Notes: generated from the sequence alone by a model not told the origin. Counted from the stretch's first letter, positions 1 to 14,767 are shown. The stretch: DNA of 37,970 nucleotides from Thermoanaerobaculia bacterium (GCA_044230215.1 JBGARM010000001.1:1-37970); one strand, 5' to 3'. Numbers and translations are program-made.

Positions 1-398
1 CGGCCGGCGCGGTGTCGCGCTTGGCGCGCGCCGAGGTGCTGCGCACGAAGGGCGTGCTCCTGCGCCGCGCCGGGCGCCTGCACGCCGCGTGCGAGGCGCA
101 CGCCGAAGCCATCGCCGTGCTCGCCGAGCTCGGCCGCCAGCCGCGCTTCGCGCACGATTGGCTGGTGAAGTACCAGGACCGGGTGATGTTCGGCAAGGAC
201 TCGTGGGAACCGGCCGAGTATCCGCCCTACTTCCGGGTTCTCGAGACCGAGGACGACTACTTCCCCTACTACCGCCGCCGCCACGCCTTCTGGAAGCTCT
301 ACGGCCTCGGCCTACCCGACGAGGTGCTGCGGAAGCTCTACTACGGCAACGCCCTGCGCATCCTCCCGCGGCTCGACCGGACACGCTTTCCGGCCTAG
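1..398 (+). CDS. Amidohydrolase-family protein, C-terminal part (5' end probably outside the window)
   Basis: Open frame runs from the window edge. The C-terminal motifs DRVMFGKDSW and LYYGNALRILP are typical of metal-dependent amidohydrolase (PF04909-like) C-termini. TAG stop at 396-398. Confidence 0.55.
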   Translation, partial: AGAVSRLARAEVLRTKGVLLRRAGRLHAACEAHAEAIAVLAELGRQPRFAHDWLVKYQDRVMFGKDSWEPAEYPPYFRVLETEDDYFPYYRRRHAFWKLYGLGLPDEVLRKLYYGNALRILPRLDRTRFPA

Positions 399-422
399 GA
401 GGCCTCGCGCAGGGCGCTGTGG

Positions 423-1241
423 TCAGCTCCCGAGGCGCCAGGCCTGGTTCTCGTTGCCCTGGCAGCGGAACTGGATCACCCGGGCGCCGTCCGCCCGGAC
501 GCCACCTTCGACGTCGAGGCAGAGTCCGCTCGCGACGTTGACGATCTGGTAGACACCGCCACCCAGGCGCTCGATCCGCCACAGCTGATCCTCGTTGCCG
601 TTGAAGCGGAACTGCTGCACCGGCGCGCCTTCGGTCTGGCCTCCGCCGGCGACGTCGAGGACCTTGTTGCTGTCCTGGCTGACGAAGACGACCCGACCGC
701 GGCCGGCGTCGATCACGTCCCAGAGCTGATTCGGCGTGCCGCGGAAGGTGTACTGGATGACCGCCGCGCCGTTGTAGTTGCTGCCGGCCGCGACATCGAG
801 GGCCTTGCCGCTACGCACGCTGAGGACGCTGCCGCTGAAGATCACGCGCCCCTGCGGGATGTAACCCGGTCCACCCGGGAACCCGTCGTCCTGCGGACCG
901 AAGGCCGGTCCCGTCCAGCGGTAGGTCGCCTTGGCGACGCCCGTCCGGGGATTGAACGCGCAGCTGTAGGAATAGGGCCGACCGCGGTCGAAGCGGTCGC
1001 GACGGTAGATTCCCTGGCCCTCCACGAGGGTCCGCGACGCGGACCGTGGCGTGACGCGCGCGCGGCGGTAGTCGAGGCCCGAGTCGGGGACGCTGCCGCC
1101 CGCCTGCAACGAAATCTGATAGGTGAGCTGGATGTCGCAGCGGTCCTTGGCCACTTCGGCGGGGTCGTGCTGCGCGGCGAGCGGCGGGATGCCCACGGCC
1201 GCAAGGCCGATGGCAAAGGAGAACGCAGGAAGAATCTTCAT
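423..1241 (-). CDS. Secreted protein with an unknown N-terminal domain and a C-terminal ricin-B (beta-trefoil) lectin domain
   Basis: ATG at 1241 preceded by GGAGAG. Signal peptide MKILPAFSFAIGLAAVGIPPLAAQ. Three QxW repeats (NQLWDV, DQLWRI, NQAWRL) spaced about 40 aa apart. The upstream part of ORF 423-1472 is Arg/Pro-rich junk. Confidence 0.8.
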   Translation of the reverse strand: MKILPAFSFAIGLAAVGIPPLAAQHDPAEVAKDRCDIQLTYQISLQAGGSVPDSGLDYRRARVTPRSASRTLVEGQGIYRRDRFDRGRPYSYSCAFNPRTGVAKATYRWTGPAFGPQDDGFPGGPGYIPQGRVIFSGSVLSVRSGKALDVAAGSNYNGAAVIQYTFRGTPNQLWDVIDAGRGRVVFVSQDSNKVLDVAGGGQTEGAPVQQFRFNGNEDQLWRIERLGGGVYQIVNVASGLCLDVEGGVRADGARVIQFRCQGNENQAWRLGS

Positions 1242-1384
1242 ATTTCTCTCCAGTCTGTCCCCGGGACGCGTGCTGCACCCCCGGGGAAGGGCGTCGCTCG
1301 CGACGCGGGGAGGCTCGGCTCGTGGCCCCCGCCCGCGAGGCGAGTCGGGATGCGCCGGGAGAGTGCACGAAAACTGCCAGCTCA

Positions 1385-1404
1385 CCGCGGGGCGGACCCC
1401 GCGG
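1385..1404 (-). terminator. GC-rich hairpin downstream of the esterase gene (candidate terminator)
   Basis: Perfect 8-bp stem CCGCGGGG / CCCCGCGG with loop CGGA, 14 nt after the stop at 1418. A TTTT run follows only about 11 nt further on the minus strand, so this is not a textbook intrinsic terminator. Confidence 0.3.
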
Positions 1405-1417
1405 CGCCAGGCGGAGG

Positions 1418-2179
1418 TCAGCGCGCGGCGCCGAGGCGGCGGGAGAGGTGGTACTGCGCCTGGCGCTTCCACCAGGCCCAGTTGTGGGCGACGTCGTAGC
1501 CCCAGATGTCGCGGTCGTGCGGGATGCCCTTGGCATCGAACAGGTCGCCGAGCGCCTGGGTCTCCTCGATACAGCCCTCTTCGAAGGCCCCCTGGCCGCA
1601 GACCAGGGTGAGGTGGGTGCTGCGGCGCACGCGCTCGAGCGGTTCACCGGAGAGGCCCTGGACGTAGGCGAGCGGGTTATTGAGGTAGACGTCGAGGTTC
1701 GAGAAGCCGTCGGTGAAATGGGTCATCAGGTAACGGCCGCTCATGCACAGAGCCCAGCGGAAGATCTCCGGGTACTTGAGGGCGATGTTCGCCGAGTAGT
1801 AGGCCCCCAGGCTCGCCCCGGCGGTCATCATCGGCAGCGCCTGGCTGCCTGCGGGGCTGTTGCAGTCCTGGCGGATGTGCGGCACCAGGGTCTCGACGAC
1901 CCACTTTTCGTAGAGGACGTGGCGCTGGATCCGCCAGGCGGCGTCGTTCTCCTTCTTCGTCCAGGCCTCGGCGACGTTCGACTCCGGGCAGTAGAGCTTG
2001 AGCTTGCCGGCCTCGAGCCAGGGGCTGAGCGCTTCCACCATGCCCTGGGCCTCCCACTCGTGGGCAAAGCCGGCGGCGGTCGGGAAGACCACCAGCGGCG
2101 GCCCCCAGTGGCCGTAGCTCCAGAGGCTGATCGTCCGGCCCAGCTGCGGGCTCTGCACTCGCTCGAGCCGTTTCTTCAT
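1418..2179 (-). CDS. Esterase / alpha-beta hydrolase (putative esterase family)
   Basis: C-terminal 253 aa of the 1473-aa run-on ORF, starting at ATG 2179 (MKKRLERVQSPQLG...). Nucleophile-elbow-like GASLG within MMTAGASLGAYYSANIALKYPEIF. Resembles esterase-D/COG4947-type proteins. Confidence 0.8.
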   Translation of the reverse strand: MKKRLERVQSPQLGRTISLWSYGHWGPPLVVFPTAAGFAHEWEAQGMVEALSPWLEAGKLKLYCPESNVAEAWTKKENDAAWRIQRHVLYEKWVVETLVPHIRQDCNSPAGSQALPMMTAGASLGAYYSANIALKYPEIFRWALCMSGRYLMTHFTDGFSNLDVYLNNPLAYVQGLSGEPLERVRRSTHLTLVCGQGAFEEGCIEETQALGDLFDAKGIPHDRDIWGYDVAHNWAWWKRQAQYHLSRRLGAAR

Positions 2180-2329
2180 GCCGCCCCTCCCGAAAAGAAC
2201 GCCGCGGATCCTATCCCAGCTGCGCCTTCGGGCCCGCGAGTCGCTGGAGCACGCGTCATCTGATCGCCTTGCGCGCGGCGTACCTGCTCGGGAGGAGTGG
2301 GAAACGCCGCCTCTTCGGGTGGGTCGAGT

Positions 2330-2358
2330 TTGACAAGCCGCGGGCCGATGTGAAATTT
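2330..2358 (+). promoter_or_regulatory. Candidate sigma70-like promoter for the ACIII/cox operon
   Basis: Perfect TTGACA at 2330-2335. It is followed 16-17 nt later by the only AT-rich patch of the intergenic region (TGtGAAATTTTT, 2349-2360), about 70 nt upstream of the actA ATG. Confidence 0.3.
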
Positions 2359-2428
2359 TTCGCCGACGATTCGCACGCCCTCGGCGCGCCCTGGATACGT
2401 GCGCGACAACGGAAAGAGCTAACAACTT

Positions 2429-3079
2429 ATGTCGCAGATCTTCCCTCGCAGCGCGAACGCCTTGGCTCGGGCTTCGGTCTTCGTGGCCCTCTTTCTGGCC
2501 GCGGCGGGCGGCTACGCCCTGTGGACTCTGGCCCACTCGGGATACGTCACCCGCCAGGGAATTGTTCTTCCCCAGCCGGTGCCGTTCAGCCACGACCACC
2601 ACGTCGCCCAGATCGGCATCGACTGCCGGTACTGCCACACCAGCGTCGAGCGAGCGGCTTCCGCCGGGATTCCGCCCACCCAGACCTGCATGAACTGCCA
2701 CAACCAGATCTGGACCAACGCCGCAGTGCTCGAGCCGGTGCGCGCCAGCTGGCGCGACGGCAAGCCCCTGACCTGGAACCGGGTCAACGATCTGCCCGAC
2801 TTCGTCTACTTCAACCACAGCATCCACGTCGCCAAGGGGGTCGCCTGCACGACCTGCCACGGCCCGATCAACAAGATGCCGCTCATGTACCAGGGGATGC
2901 CCCTCACCATGAAGTGGTGCCTCGCCTGCCACCGCGACCCGGTGCCGAATCTCCGGCCGCGCGAGGAAGTCACCAACGTCCTCTGGCAGCCGCCGGCCGA
3001 CCTCGCCGCCAAGCAGAAGGAGTGGGCGCTCGCCAATCATGTCCAGAGCAAGGTCAGCTGTTCGACCTGTCATCGCTAG
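2429..3079 (+). CDS. actA: Alternative complex III subunit ActA, pentaheme cytochrome c
   Basis: N-terminal TM helix. Five CXXCH motifs (CRYCH, CMNCH, CTTCH, CLACH, CSTCH). First gene of the act cluster. Confidence 0.9.
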   Translation: MSQIFPRSANALARASVFVALFLAAAGGYALWTLAHSGYVTRQGIVLPQPVPFSHDHHVAQIGIDCRYCHTSVERAASAGIPPTQTCMNCHNQIWTNAAVLEPVRASWRDGKPLTWNRVNDLPDFVYFNHSIHVAKGVACTTCHGPINKMPLMYQGMPLTMKWCLACHRDPVPNLRPREEVTNVLWQPPADLAAKQKEWALANHVQSKVSCSTCHR

Positions 3080-3088
3080 AGATCCCTC

Positions 3089-7601
<4,513 letters not shown>

Positions 7602-7605
<4 letters not shown>

Positions 7606-8162
7606 CTACCGCGACCTCACCCACCGCCCCGGGCCTGCACGGCCTGATGGCCGAATACCCGACGGCGCAGGACCTGCTGGATGCGGCCGAGAAGGCCCAT
7701 AGCGCCGGCTTCCGCGCCATGGACGCCTACACCCCGTTTCCGGTGGAGGCCATCTCCGAGGTGATCTGCGATCACCACAAGTCGAAAGTGCCGCTCATCT
7801 GCCTCACCGGCGGCATCATCGGCGCGCTCGCCGGCTGGGGGCTCGAAGTCTGGACCTCGACCGTCGACTACCCGATGAACATCGGCGGCAAGCCCTACAA
7901 CAGCTGGCCGGCATTCATCCCGGTGCTGTTCGAATGCACGGTGCTCTTCGCGGCGTTCTCGGCGGCGATCGGCATGTTCCTCCTGAACGGGCTGCCGCAG
8001 CCTTACCACCCGGTCTTCAACGTCTCCCGCTTCCGCGAGAAGGCTTCGCGGGACGGCTACTTCCTCTGCATCGAGGCGCAGGATGGCAAGTTCGACCGTT
8101 CCGACACGCGCGCTTTCCTGCTGTCGACCGGCGCGACGGAGGTCAACGATGTCGAGCTCTGA
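7602..8162 (+). CDS. actD: Alternative complex III subunit ActD (DUF3341-type)
   Basis: ATG 7602 overlaps the actC stop (ATGA). Soluble N-terminal domain ([33 protein letters not shown]) followed by two TM helices, as in ActD. Confidence 0.88.
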
Positions 8163-8172
8163 ACGGAGGTCG

Positions 8173-8805
8173 ATGCGCCTCCCGGACGCCGCGCTGCGCG
8201 CCGGTCTGATCGCCCTCGTCGCGCTCGGCGGGCTCGGCGCCATCGGCTGCCGGCAGGACATGCACGATCAGCCGAAGCTCAAGCCCTACCGGTCGAGCCA
8301 GTTCTTCGTCAACGGCAGCGGCATGCGCAATCTCCCGGCGCACACCGTCGCGCGCGGCTCGCTGCAGGAGAACACCCACTTCTACACCGGCCGGATGCCC
8401 GACGGCAGCATGGCCACCGAGCTGCCGATGCCGATGACCAAGGCTCTGCTCAAGCGCGGCCAGGAGCGCTTCACGATCTACTGCACGCCGTGCCACGGCC
8501 AGGTGGGTGACGGCCGCGGAATGGTGGTCCGCCGGGGCTACAAGCAACCGACCTCCTACCACGACGAACGCCTGCGCCAGGTGCCGATCGGCTACTTCTT
8601 CGATGTGATGACGAACGGCTTCGCCGTCATGCCGAGCTATGCGCCGCAGGTGCCGCCGGAGGACCGTTGGGCCATCGCGGCATACATCCGCGCCCTGCAG
8701 CTCTCCCAGCACGTCGACGCATCGAGCCTCACGGCCGACCAGCGCGCGGCGCTCGACGCCCCCCCGGCCACCGCGCCGGCGCACGGCGAAGGGGGAGGGC
8801 ACTGA
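8173..8805 (+). CDS. actE: Alternative complex III subunit ActE, monoheme lipoprotein cytochrome c
   Basis: ATG 8173 preceded by GGAGG. Lipobox-like LGAIGC. Single CTPCH heme motif with distal MPSY. An alternative ATG at 8149 is possible. Confidence 0.85.
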   Translation: MRLPDAALRAGLIALVALGGLGAIGCRQDMHDQPKLKPYRSSQFFVNGSGMRNLPAHTVARGSLQENTHFYTGRMPDGSMATELPMPMTKALLKRGQERFTIYCTPCHGQVGDGRGMVVRRGYKQPTSYHDERLRQVPIGYFFDVMTNGFAVMPSYAPQVPPEDRWAIAAYIRALQLSQHVDASSLTADQRAALDAPPATAPAHGEGGGH

Positions 8806-10028
8806 TGGACGAGAGGAACCACAAGCCTGCCATGAGGACGCTCCATTTCCCGCTCCGCACCGCTGACTTCGAGGCGCCAGCAGCGCTCTCCGGCTTCGCC
8901 GGCAAGGCGCTCGTCGTCGGCGCCGCCGGCGCCGCCGCCTCGATCGCCGGCTACTTCCTGGCGCGCCAGGAGTTCACCGCCGCCTACCTCGTCGGCTGGC
9001 TGCTCTGGTACACCGTGGCGGTCGGATCGCTCGGCTTCCTCATGCTGCAGCACCTCTCGGGCGGCGGCTGGGGCCTCGCAGCGCGGCGCATCCTGGAGGC
9101 TGCCGCGCGCACGATTCCGTTCGTCGGCCTGGCGGCGATCCCGCTGTTCTTGGGGCTCAAGGACATCTTCCTGTGGGCCGATCCGGCGAAGGTCGCCCTC
9201 GACGAGGCCCTGCAGCACAAGGCGCCGTACCTGAACGTGCCGTTCTTCATCGGCCGCACCGTCTTCGCCGTCGCTTTGTTCTCCTTCTACGCCTACTACC
9301 TTTCGGCCAAGTCGAAGCGCCAGGACGAGACCGGGGATCCGGACCTCCGGCGGAAGATGCACGACGTCTCCGCGGTCGGCCTGCTGCTCTATCTCATCGT
9401 CAACACCTTCATGGGTTTCGACTGGCTGATGTCGCTCGACCCGCACTGGTTCTCGAGCCTCTACGGCGCCATCTTCGTCGCCGGCGAAGCGCTCGCGGGA
9501 ATGACTTTCATCATCCTCGTCGCCAACTGGCTGCGCCAGCGCGAGCCGATGGACGCGATCTTCGGCCGCAAGCTCTTCCACGACTACGGCAAGCTTCTCT
9601 TCGCCTACGTGATGTTCTGGACCTACCTCACGATCTCCCAGTTCATCATCATGTGGCAGGGCAACCTCCCCGAGGAGGCGGTCTGGTTCAAGATCCGTTT
9701 CCACGGCGGCTGGGGCTACGTCGCCGCGGGAATCCTCGTCTTCCATTTCTTCTTCCCGTTCCTGATCCTGCTTTCGCGCAGCGTGAAGGAGAAGGGGAAG
9801 ACCCTTTCGGCGGTCGCGGCCTTCGTGCTGGTGATGCGCTGGGCCGACCTGGTCTGGCTGACCCGTCCGACTCTCCGCGAAGGCGGCTTCTCGATCCATT
9901 GGCTCTACGTCGCCATTCCGGTGGGCATCGGCGGTCTCTGGTTCTATCTGTTCGCGCGCGAGCTCGGCAAGCGCTCGCTCGTCGCGGTGAACGATCCGCA
10001 GTGGAAGGAAGTGCTCGGTCATGACTGA
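8805..10028 (+). CDS. actF: Alternative complex III subunit ActF (second NrfD-like membrane subunit)
   Basis: ATG 8805 shares one nt with the actE TGA. Polytopic membrane protein after the start MDERNHKPAMRTLHF. Cluster position matches ActF. Confidence 0.88.
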   Translation: MDERNHKPAMRTLHFPLRTADFEAPAALSGFAGKALVVGAAGAAASIAGYFLARQEFTAAYLVGWLLWYTVAVGSLGFLMLQHLSGGGWGLAARRILEAAARTIPFVGLAAIPLFLGLKDIFLWADPAKVALDEALQHKAPYLNVPFFIGRTVFAVALFSFYAYYLSAKSKRQDETGDPDLRRKMHDVSAVGLLLYLIVNTFMGFDWLMSLDPHWFSSLYGAIFVAGEALAGMTFIILVANWLRQREPMDAIFGRKLFHDYGKLLFAYVMFWTYLTISQFIIMWQGNLPEEAVWFKIRFHGGWGYVAAGILVFHFFFPFLILLSRSVKEKGKTLSAVAAFVLVMRWADLVWLTRPTLREGGFSIHWLYVAIPVGIGGLWFYLFARELGKRSLVAVNDPQWKEVLGHD

Positions 10029-10524
10029 TCCCAAGCACGGCGAACATCACGGCGCCGCAGGCGCCCATTCGACACCCGAAAGAGCCCCGATCGATTCCGA
10101 AATCGACATCCGCAGAGCGGTGGAAGTCGGCCTCTGGCTGGGTGGCACGACGATCGGCGCACTGGTCGTCGGCTACTTTCTCTACCTCGGCCTGTCGAAG
10201 TGGACGGTCAACGCCGATCCGGCGCCATCGCCGCTCGCCGAAGCCAGCCGCAGCGTCCTGCCGCCGGCGCCCAACCTGCAGATTCAGCCCGAGAAGGAGC
10301 TCGCAGCCATGCGCGCCGCGGAGCACGAGCGGTTGACGACCTGGGGCTGGACCGACAAGTCGCTGGGCCTCGCGCACATGCCGATCGAGGAAGCCATCGA
10401 TCGCCTCGCCGTCCCCGAGCCGGCCGCGACTCCGGGAGCGATCGGCACCGCTCCCGTGGCGCCGGATACCGCGGAGGCCCACGGCACCGAGATCGCCCCG
10501 GCTCACCAGGAAGCGGCGCACTGA
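10021..10524 (+). CDS. Hypothetical single-pass membrane protein in the actG position
   Basis: ATG 10021 overlaps the actF stop by 8 nt (ATGACTGA). One TM helix (VEVGLWLGGTTIGALVVGYFLYLGL) followed by an Ala/Pro-rich soluble tail. I recognise no family. Confidence 0.6.
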   Translation: MTDPKHGEHHGAAGAHSTPERAPIDSEIDIRRAVEVGLWLGGTTIGALVVGYFLYLGLSKWTVNADPAPSPLAEASRSVLPPAPNLQIQPEKELAAMRAAEHERLTTWGWTDKSLGLAHMPIEEAIDRLAVPEPAATPGAIGTAPVAPDTAEAHGTEIAPAHQEAAH

Positions 10525-10531
10525 AGCGGTA

Positions 10532-11434
10532 ATGCCGATCCGCCTCTCCTCCACCCGCCTTCGCCCAGCGCTCGTCGCGCTCGCCTCGGCCGTCGCGCTC
10601 GCCGGTCCGGCGAGCGCCGAGACCCGGATGTTCACCGGTCCCGGTCTCGCCGAGCGCACGCCTCAACCCGGCGCGCTCAATGCGCAGAAGATCTCGGAAC
10701 AGGTCGGCTTCGACCAGCGCCTGGGCGAGAGCCTGCCGCTCGATCTCCCGTTCCGCGACGAGACCGGCAAGTCCGTGCGTCTGGGTGACTATTTCGGCGC
10801 CAAGCCCGTGCTGCTCACTTTCGTCTATTTCCGCTGCCCGGTGCTCTGCCCGCAGATCGTCATCGGCACCTCGGCGGCCCTGAAGGGCGTCTCGTTCGAG
10901 CCCGGGCGCGATTTCGAGGTCGTGTTCGTGAGCTTCGATCCGCAGGACACGCCCGCGCAGGCGGCCGAGAAGAAGAGTGCCGCGATCGAGCGCTACGGCA
11001 AGCCCGAGAGCGCCGCCGGCTGGCACTTCCTGACCGGCGACGCCGAGGCCATCCGCAGCCTGACCGCCGCGGCAGGATTCCGCTACGCCTACGATCCGAC
11101 CATCCAGCAGTTCGCGCACGCCAGCGGAGTCGTCGTCGCCACCCCCGACGGCCGGCTGGCGCGCTACCTCTACGGCGTCGAATACGCGCCGAAAGACTTG
11201 AAGCTCGCGCTCTTCGAGGCCGGAGAAGGCCGAATCGGCGGTCTCTCGGAGAAGCTGATGCTGCTGTGTTTCAACTACGACGCCGCGCTCGGGAAGTACA
11301 CCGTCGCCACCCTGTTCGCCATCAAGGTGGCTGGGGCGGTCACTCTCGCGGCACTCATCTTCTCGATGGTCTGGATGTTGCGCAGCGAGCGTCGTCTGCA
11401 ACGCGCCGCTGCCGGAGGAGTCGCACGGTCATGA
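10532..11434 (+). CDS. sco1: SCO1/SenC-family copper chaperone (thioredoxin fold)
   Basis: Signal peptide ending ASAE. CPVLCP (CxxxC) motif plus a downstream His (FAHASGVVV). Extra C-terminal hydrophobic helix VAGAVTLAALIFSMVWML. Confidence 0.88.
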   Translation: MPIRLSSTRLRPALVALASAVALAGPASAETRMFTGPGLAERTPQPGALNAQKISEQVGFDQRLGESLPLDLPFRDETGKSVRLGDYFGAKPVLLTFVYFRCPVLCPQIVIGTSAALKGVSFEPGRDFEVVFVSFDPQDTPAQAAEKKSAAIERYGKPESAAGWHFLTGDAEAIRSLTAAAGFRYAYDPTIQQFAHASGVVVATPDGRLARYLYGVEYAPKDLKLALFEAGEGRIGGLSEKLMLLCFNYDAALGKYTVATLFAIKVAGAVTLAALIFSMVWMLRSERRLQRAAAGGVARS

Positions 11435-12411
11435 ATTTCCAGCTCCCTTTCATGCCGGAGCAGGCTTCGGCCGGCGCCAGCGAAGTCGACAACCTGACCC
11501 TGTTCCTCGTCGGCATGGGCACCTTCTTCACCGTGCTCATCGCCCTCATGGTCATCGTCTTCGCGATCCGGTACCGCAGGAAGGCCGGCAACCAGGTCGG
11601 CAGCAATTTCGAGAACTCGGCCTTCCTCGAGATCACCTGGACGGTCATTCCGCTGCTCATCGCCCTCTTCTCGTTCGGTTGGGGCGTCAAGGTCTTCTTC
11701 CGCCTCTATCGTCCGCCGGCGAACGCGATCGAGTACCAGGTCACCGGCAAGCAGTGGATGTGGAAGATCCAGCATCCGACCGGCCAGCGCGAGATCAACG
11801 AGCTCCACGTGCCGATCGGTCAGCCGACGCGCCTGGTGATGACTTCCGAGGACGTCATTCACAGCTTCTTCGTGCCGGCCTTCCGGGCCAAGGCCGATGT
11901 GCTGCCCGGGCGTCAGTCGTCCATCTGGTTCACCCCGACCAAGCTCGGCCGCTACCACATCTTCTGCACCGAGTTCTGCGGCACCGAGCACTCGGGAATG
12001 ATCGGCTGGCTGACGGTGCAGTCGCAGGAGGAGTATCAGGCCTGGCTCGCTGCCGCCCCGGCGCCGAAGGCGCCGTCCTCCGACGGCGGGCTGTTGTTCG
12101 CCCAATACGCCTGCAACACCTGCCACAAGCCGGGCCCGGGCGGGCGCGGTCCGGTCCTCCAGGGCATCTATGGCACCGAGGTCGCGCTCGCCGATGGCGG
12201 CAAGGCCCGGGTCGACGACGCCTATCTGCGCGAGTCGATCCTGATGCCCTCCGCGAAGATGGTGCAGGGCTACGAGGCGATCATGCCCTCCTTCCAGGGC
12301 CAGGTCAGTGAAGAGGCTCTGCAGCAGCTGATCAGCTACATCAAGAGCCTGTCGCCCGAGAACGCCGCGGCGGCGGGATCCAATCCGGATTCCCAGGGGA
12401 TGACCCGATGA
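11431..12411 (+). CDS. coxB: Cytochrome c oxidase subunit II with fused C-terminal cytochrome c domain (caa3-type)
   Basis: ATGA overlap with the sco1 stop. Two N-terminal TM helices. CuA site HSFFVPAF...[13 protein letters not shown]-terminal CNTCH heme motif. Confidence 0.92.
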   Translation: MNFQLPFMPEQASAGASEVDNLTLFLVGMGTFFTVLIALMVIVFAIRYRRKAGNQVGSNFENSAFLEITWTVIPLLIALFSFGWGVKVFFRLYRPPANAIEYQVTGKQWMWKIQHPTGQREINELHVPIGQPTRLVMTSEDVIHSFFVPAFRAKADVLPGRQSSIWFTPTKLGRYHIFCTEFCGTEHSGMIGWLTVQSQEEYQAWLAAAPAPKAPSSDGGLLFAQYACNTCHKPGPGGRGPVLQGIYGTEVALADGGKARVDDAYLRESILMPSAKMVQGYEAIMPSFQGQVSEEALQQLISYIKSLSPENAAAAGSNPDSQGMTR

Positions 12412-14075
12412 ACGCAACTGCCACCGCTCCGACGCCCGCCGACTTGGCCGAGCGGCCGAACTTCCTCACCGCCGAGCACGGCCTGAAGTCCTGGCTGCTG
12501 ACGCTCGACCACAAGCGGGTCGCGATCCTCTACCTGATCTCGGTGAGCTGCTACTTCCTGCTCGGCGGCATCTTCGCCATGCTGGTGCGGCTCGAGCTCA
12601 TGACGCCGGTCGGCGATCTCATGCTGCCGGACACCTACAACCGGGTGTTCACCGGCCACGGCGTCACCATGGTCTTCTTCTTCCTCATTCCGGCGATCCC
12701 CGGCATTCTCGGCAACTTCCTCATCCCGCTGATGATCGGCGCCAAGGACGTGGCCTTCCCGCGGTTGAATCTCGCCAGCTGGTACCTCTACATGACCGGC
12801 GGCGCGATGATGCTCATCGGCGTGCTCCATGGCGGCGTCGACACCGGCTGGACGTTCTATCCGCCCTACAGCACTTCGTACACGACCACCAACGTCCTGA
12901 TCGTCGGCATCGGCGTCTTCATCAACGGCTTCTCGTCGATCCTCACCGGCTTGAACTTCATGGTCACCGTGCACCGGATGCGCTGCCCGGGCATGACCTG
13001 GTTCCGCCTGCCGCTGTTCATCTGGGGCCAGTACGCGACCAGCCTGATCATGGTCCTCGGCACGCCGGTGGTCGCCATCACCCTGCTGCTGCTGGTCTTC
13101 GAACGCCTCTTCCACCTCGGCATCTTCGATCCGGCGAAGGGCGGCGATCCGATCCTCTTCCAGCACCTGTTCTGGTTCTACTCCCACCCGGCGGTCTACA
13201 TCATGATCCTGCCGTCGATGGCGGTGATCTCCGAGCTCATCGCCTGCTTCTCGCGCAAACGGATCTTCGGCTATCACTTCGTCGCCTTCGCCTCGATCGG
13301 CATCGCCGTCCTGGGCTTCGTGGTCTGGGGCCACCACCTCTACGTCTCGGGCCAGTCGGTCTACGCCGGCGCGATCTTCTCGTTGCTGACGATGCTGGTG
13401 GCGATCCCCTCGGCGGTGAAGGTGTTCAACTGGTCGATGACGCTCTACCAGGGCTCGGTCTCGCTCGAGACGCCGATGCTCTACGCCCTCGGGTTCATCG
13501 GGCTGTTCACGATCGGCGGCCTGACCGGCGTCTTCCTCGGCACCTTGGGGTTCGACGTCCACGTCCACGACACCTACTTCGTCGTCGCCCACTTCCACTA
13601 CGTCATGGTCGGCGGCACGATCATGGGCTATCTCGGCGGGCTGCACTTCTGGTGGCCGAAGATCACCGGCCGTCTCTACCCGGAATTCTGGGCGAAGATC
13701 TCGGCCCTGCTGGTGTTCGTCGGCTTCAACCTGACCTTCTTTCCGCAGTTCCTGCTCGGCTACATGGGCATGCCGCGCCGCTACCACGCCTATCCGCCGG
13801 AGTTCCAGGTGCTGAACATCCTGTCGACGGCCGGCGCCTCGGTGCTGGCGCTCGGCTTCGTCCTGCCGACGATCTACTTCCTCTGGTCGCTGAAGAGCGG
13901 CAAGCTCGCCGGCAACAACCCCTGGAACGCCCGCGGCCTCGAGTGGGAGACGACGTCGCCGCCGCCGACCGAGAACTTCACCTTCGCGCCGAGCGTGTCG
14001 CGTGAGCCCTACGACTATTTCGAGGCGGCCGAAGAGGCCGCCGGGCGCGTGGTTCCTGCCGCGCGGCCGCACTGA
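12408..14075 (+). CDS. coxA: Cytochrome c oxidase subunit I (heme-copper oxidase, A-type)
   Basis: [25 protein letters not shown] and [12 protein letters not shown] signatures. ATGA overlap with the coxB stop. Confidence 0.95.
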   Translation: MNATATAPTPADLAERPNFLTAEHGLKSWLLTLDHKRVAILYLISVSCYFLLGGIFAMLVRLELMTPVGDLMLPDTYNRVFTGHGVTMVFFFLIPAIPGILGNFLIPLMIGAKDVAFPRLNLASWYLYMTGGAMMLIGVLHGGVDTGWTFYPPYSTSYTTTNVLIVGIGVFINGFSSILTGLNFMVTVHRMRCPGMTWFRLPLFIWGQYATSLIMVLGTPVVAITLLLLVFERLFHLGIFDPAKGGDPILFQHLFWFYSHPAVYIMILPSMAVISELIACFSRKRIFGYHFVAFASIGIAVLGFVVWGHHLYVSGQSVYAGAIFSLLTMLVAIPSAVKVFNWSMTLYQGSVSLETPMLYALGFIGLFTIGGLTGVFLGTLGFDVHVHDTYFVVAHFHYVMVGGTIMGYLGGLHFWWPKITGRLYPEFWAKISALLVFVGFNLTFFPQFLLGYMGMPRRYHAYPPEFQVLNILSTAGASVLALGFVLPTIYFLWSLKSGKLAGNNPWNARGLEWETTSPPPTENFTFAPSVSREPYDYFEAAEEAAGRVVPAARPH

Positions 14076-14077
14076 TA

Positions 14078-14767
14078 GTGAGCGACGAACAAGGAGCCGC
14101 CGTCGTGTCCCACGGTCATTCCCCGTATCTGGCGCACCACTTCGACGACCTCGAGCAGCAGAAGGAGGCCTCCACCCTCGGGATGTGGCTCTTCCTGGTG
14201 CAGGAGGTCATGTTCTTCGGCGGGCTCTTCATGTGCTACCTGCTCTACCGCTGGAAGGACCCGAACGCCTTCGCCGCCGGCAGCCACGAGCTGTCGATCG
14301 GGCTCGGCGGCTTCAATACCGTCGTGCTGATCGGCTCCTCCCTCACCATGGCGCTGGGCGTCCGCTCGGCGCAGCAGGGGCGGATCAAGGCGCTGATCAA
14401 CTGGCTCTACGCCACCGGCATCCTGGGCATCACCTTCCTGGTGGTGAAGTACTTCGAGTACTCGGCGAAGTGGGAGCATCACCTCATCCCCGGGCCGAAC
14501 TTCCACTTCGCCGGCGAGGTCGGCGGACGCGCCGAGCTCTTCTTCTCGCTCTACTTCGCGATGACCGGCATGCACGCCCTGCACATGATCGTCGGCCTGG
14601 GCCTCCTGGTCTGGCTGCTGCGCAAGGCGATGAAGGGGCACTTCTCGGCCGAGTACTACAACCCGGTGGAGAACTTCGGCCTCTACTGGCACTTCGTCGA
14701 CATCGTCTGGATCTTCCTCTTCCCGCTTCTCTATCTCATCGGCCGGCACTACCACGGAGGCGCCTGA
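14078..14767 (+). CDS. coxC: Cytochrome c oxidase subunit III
   Basis: GTG start 2 nt after the coxA stop. [19 protein letters not shown] hallmark. Polytopic membrane protein. Confidence 0.9.
   Translation: MSDEQGAAVVSHGHSPYLAHHFDDLEQQKEASTLGMWLFLVQEVMFFGGLFMCYLLYRWKDPNAFAAGSHELSIGLGGFNTVVLIGSSLTMALGVRSAQQGRIKALINWLYATGILGITFLVVKYFEYSAKWEHHLIPGPNFHFAGEVGGRAELFFSLYFAMTGMHALHMIVGLGLLVWLLRKAMKGHFSAEYYNPVENFGLYWHFVDIVWIFLFPLLYLIGRHYHGGA

Noticed and set aside
8637-14072. Long minus-strand ORFs (8637-10034, 10208-11401, 11275-12417, 12336-14072) opposite actF, sco1, coxB and coxA
   Set aside because: These are shadow ORFs of strongly supported respiratory genes. Their translations are dominated by R/D/E/G/A with no TM or domain logic.
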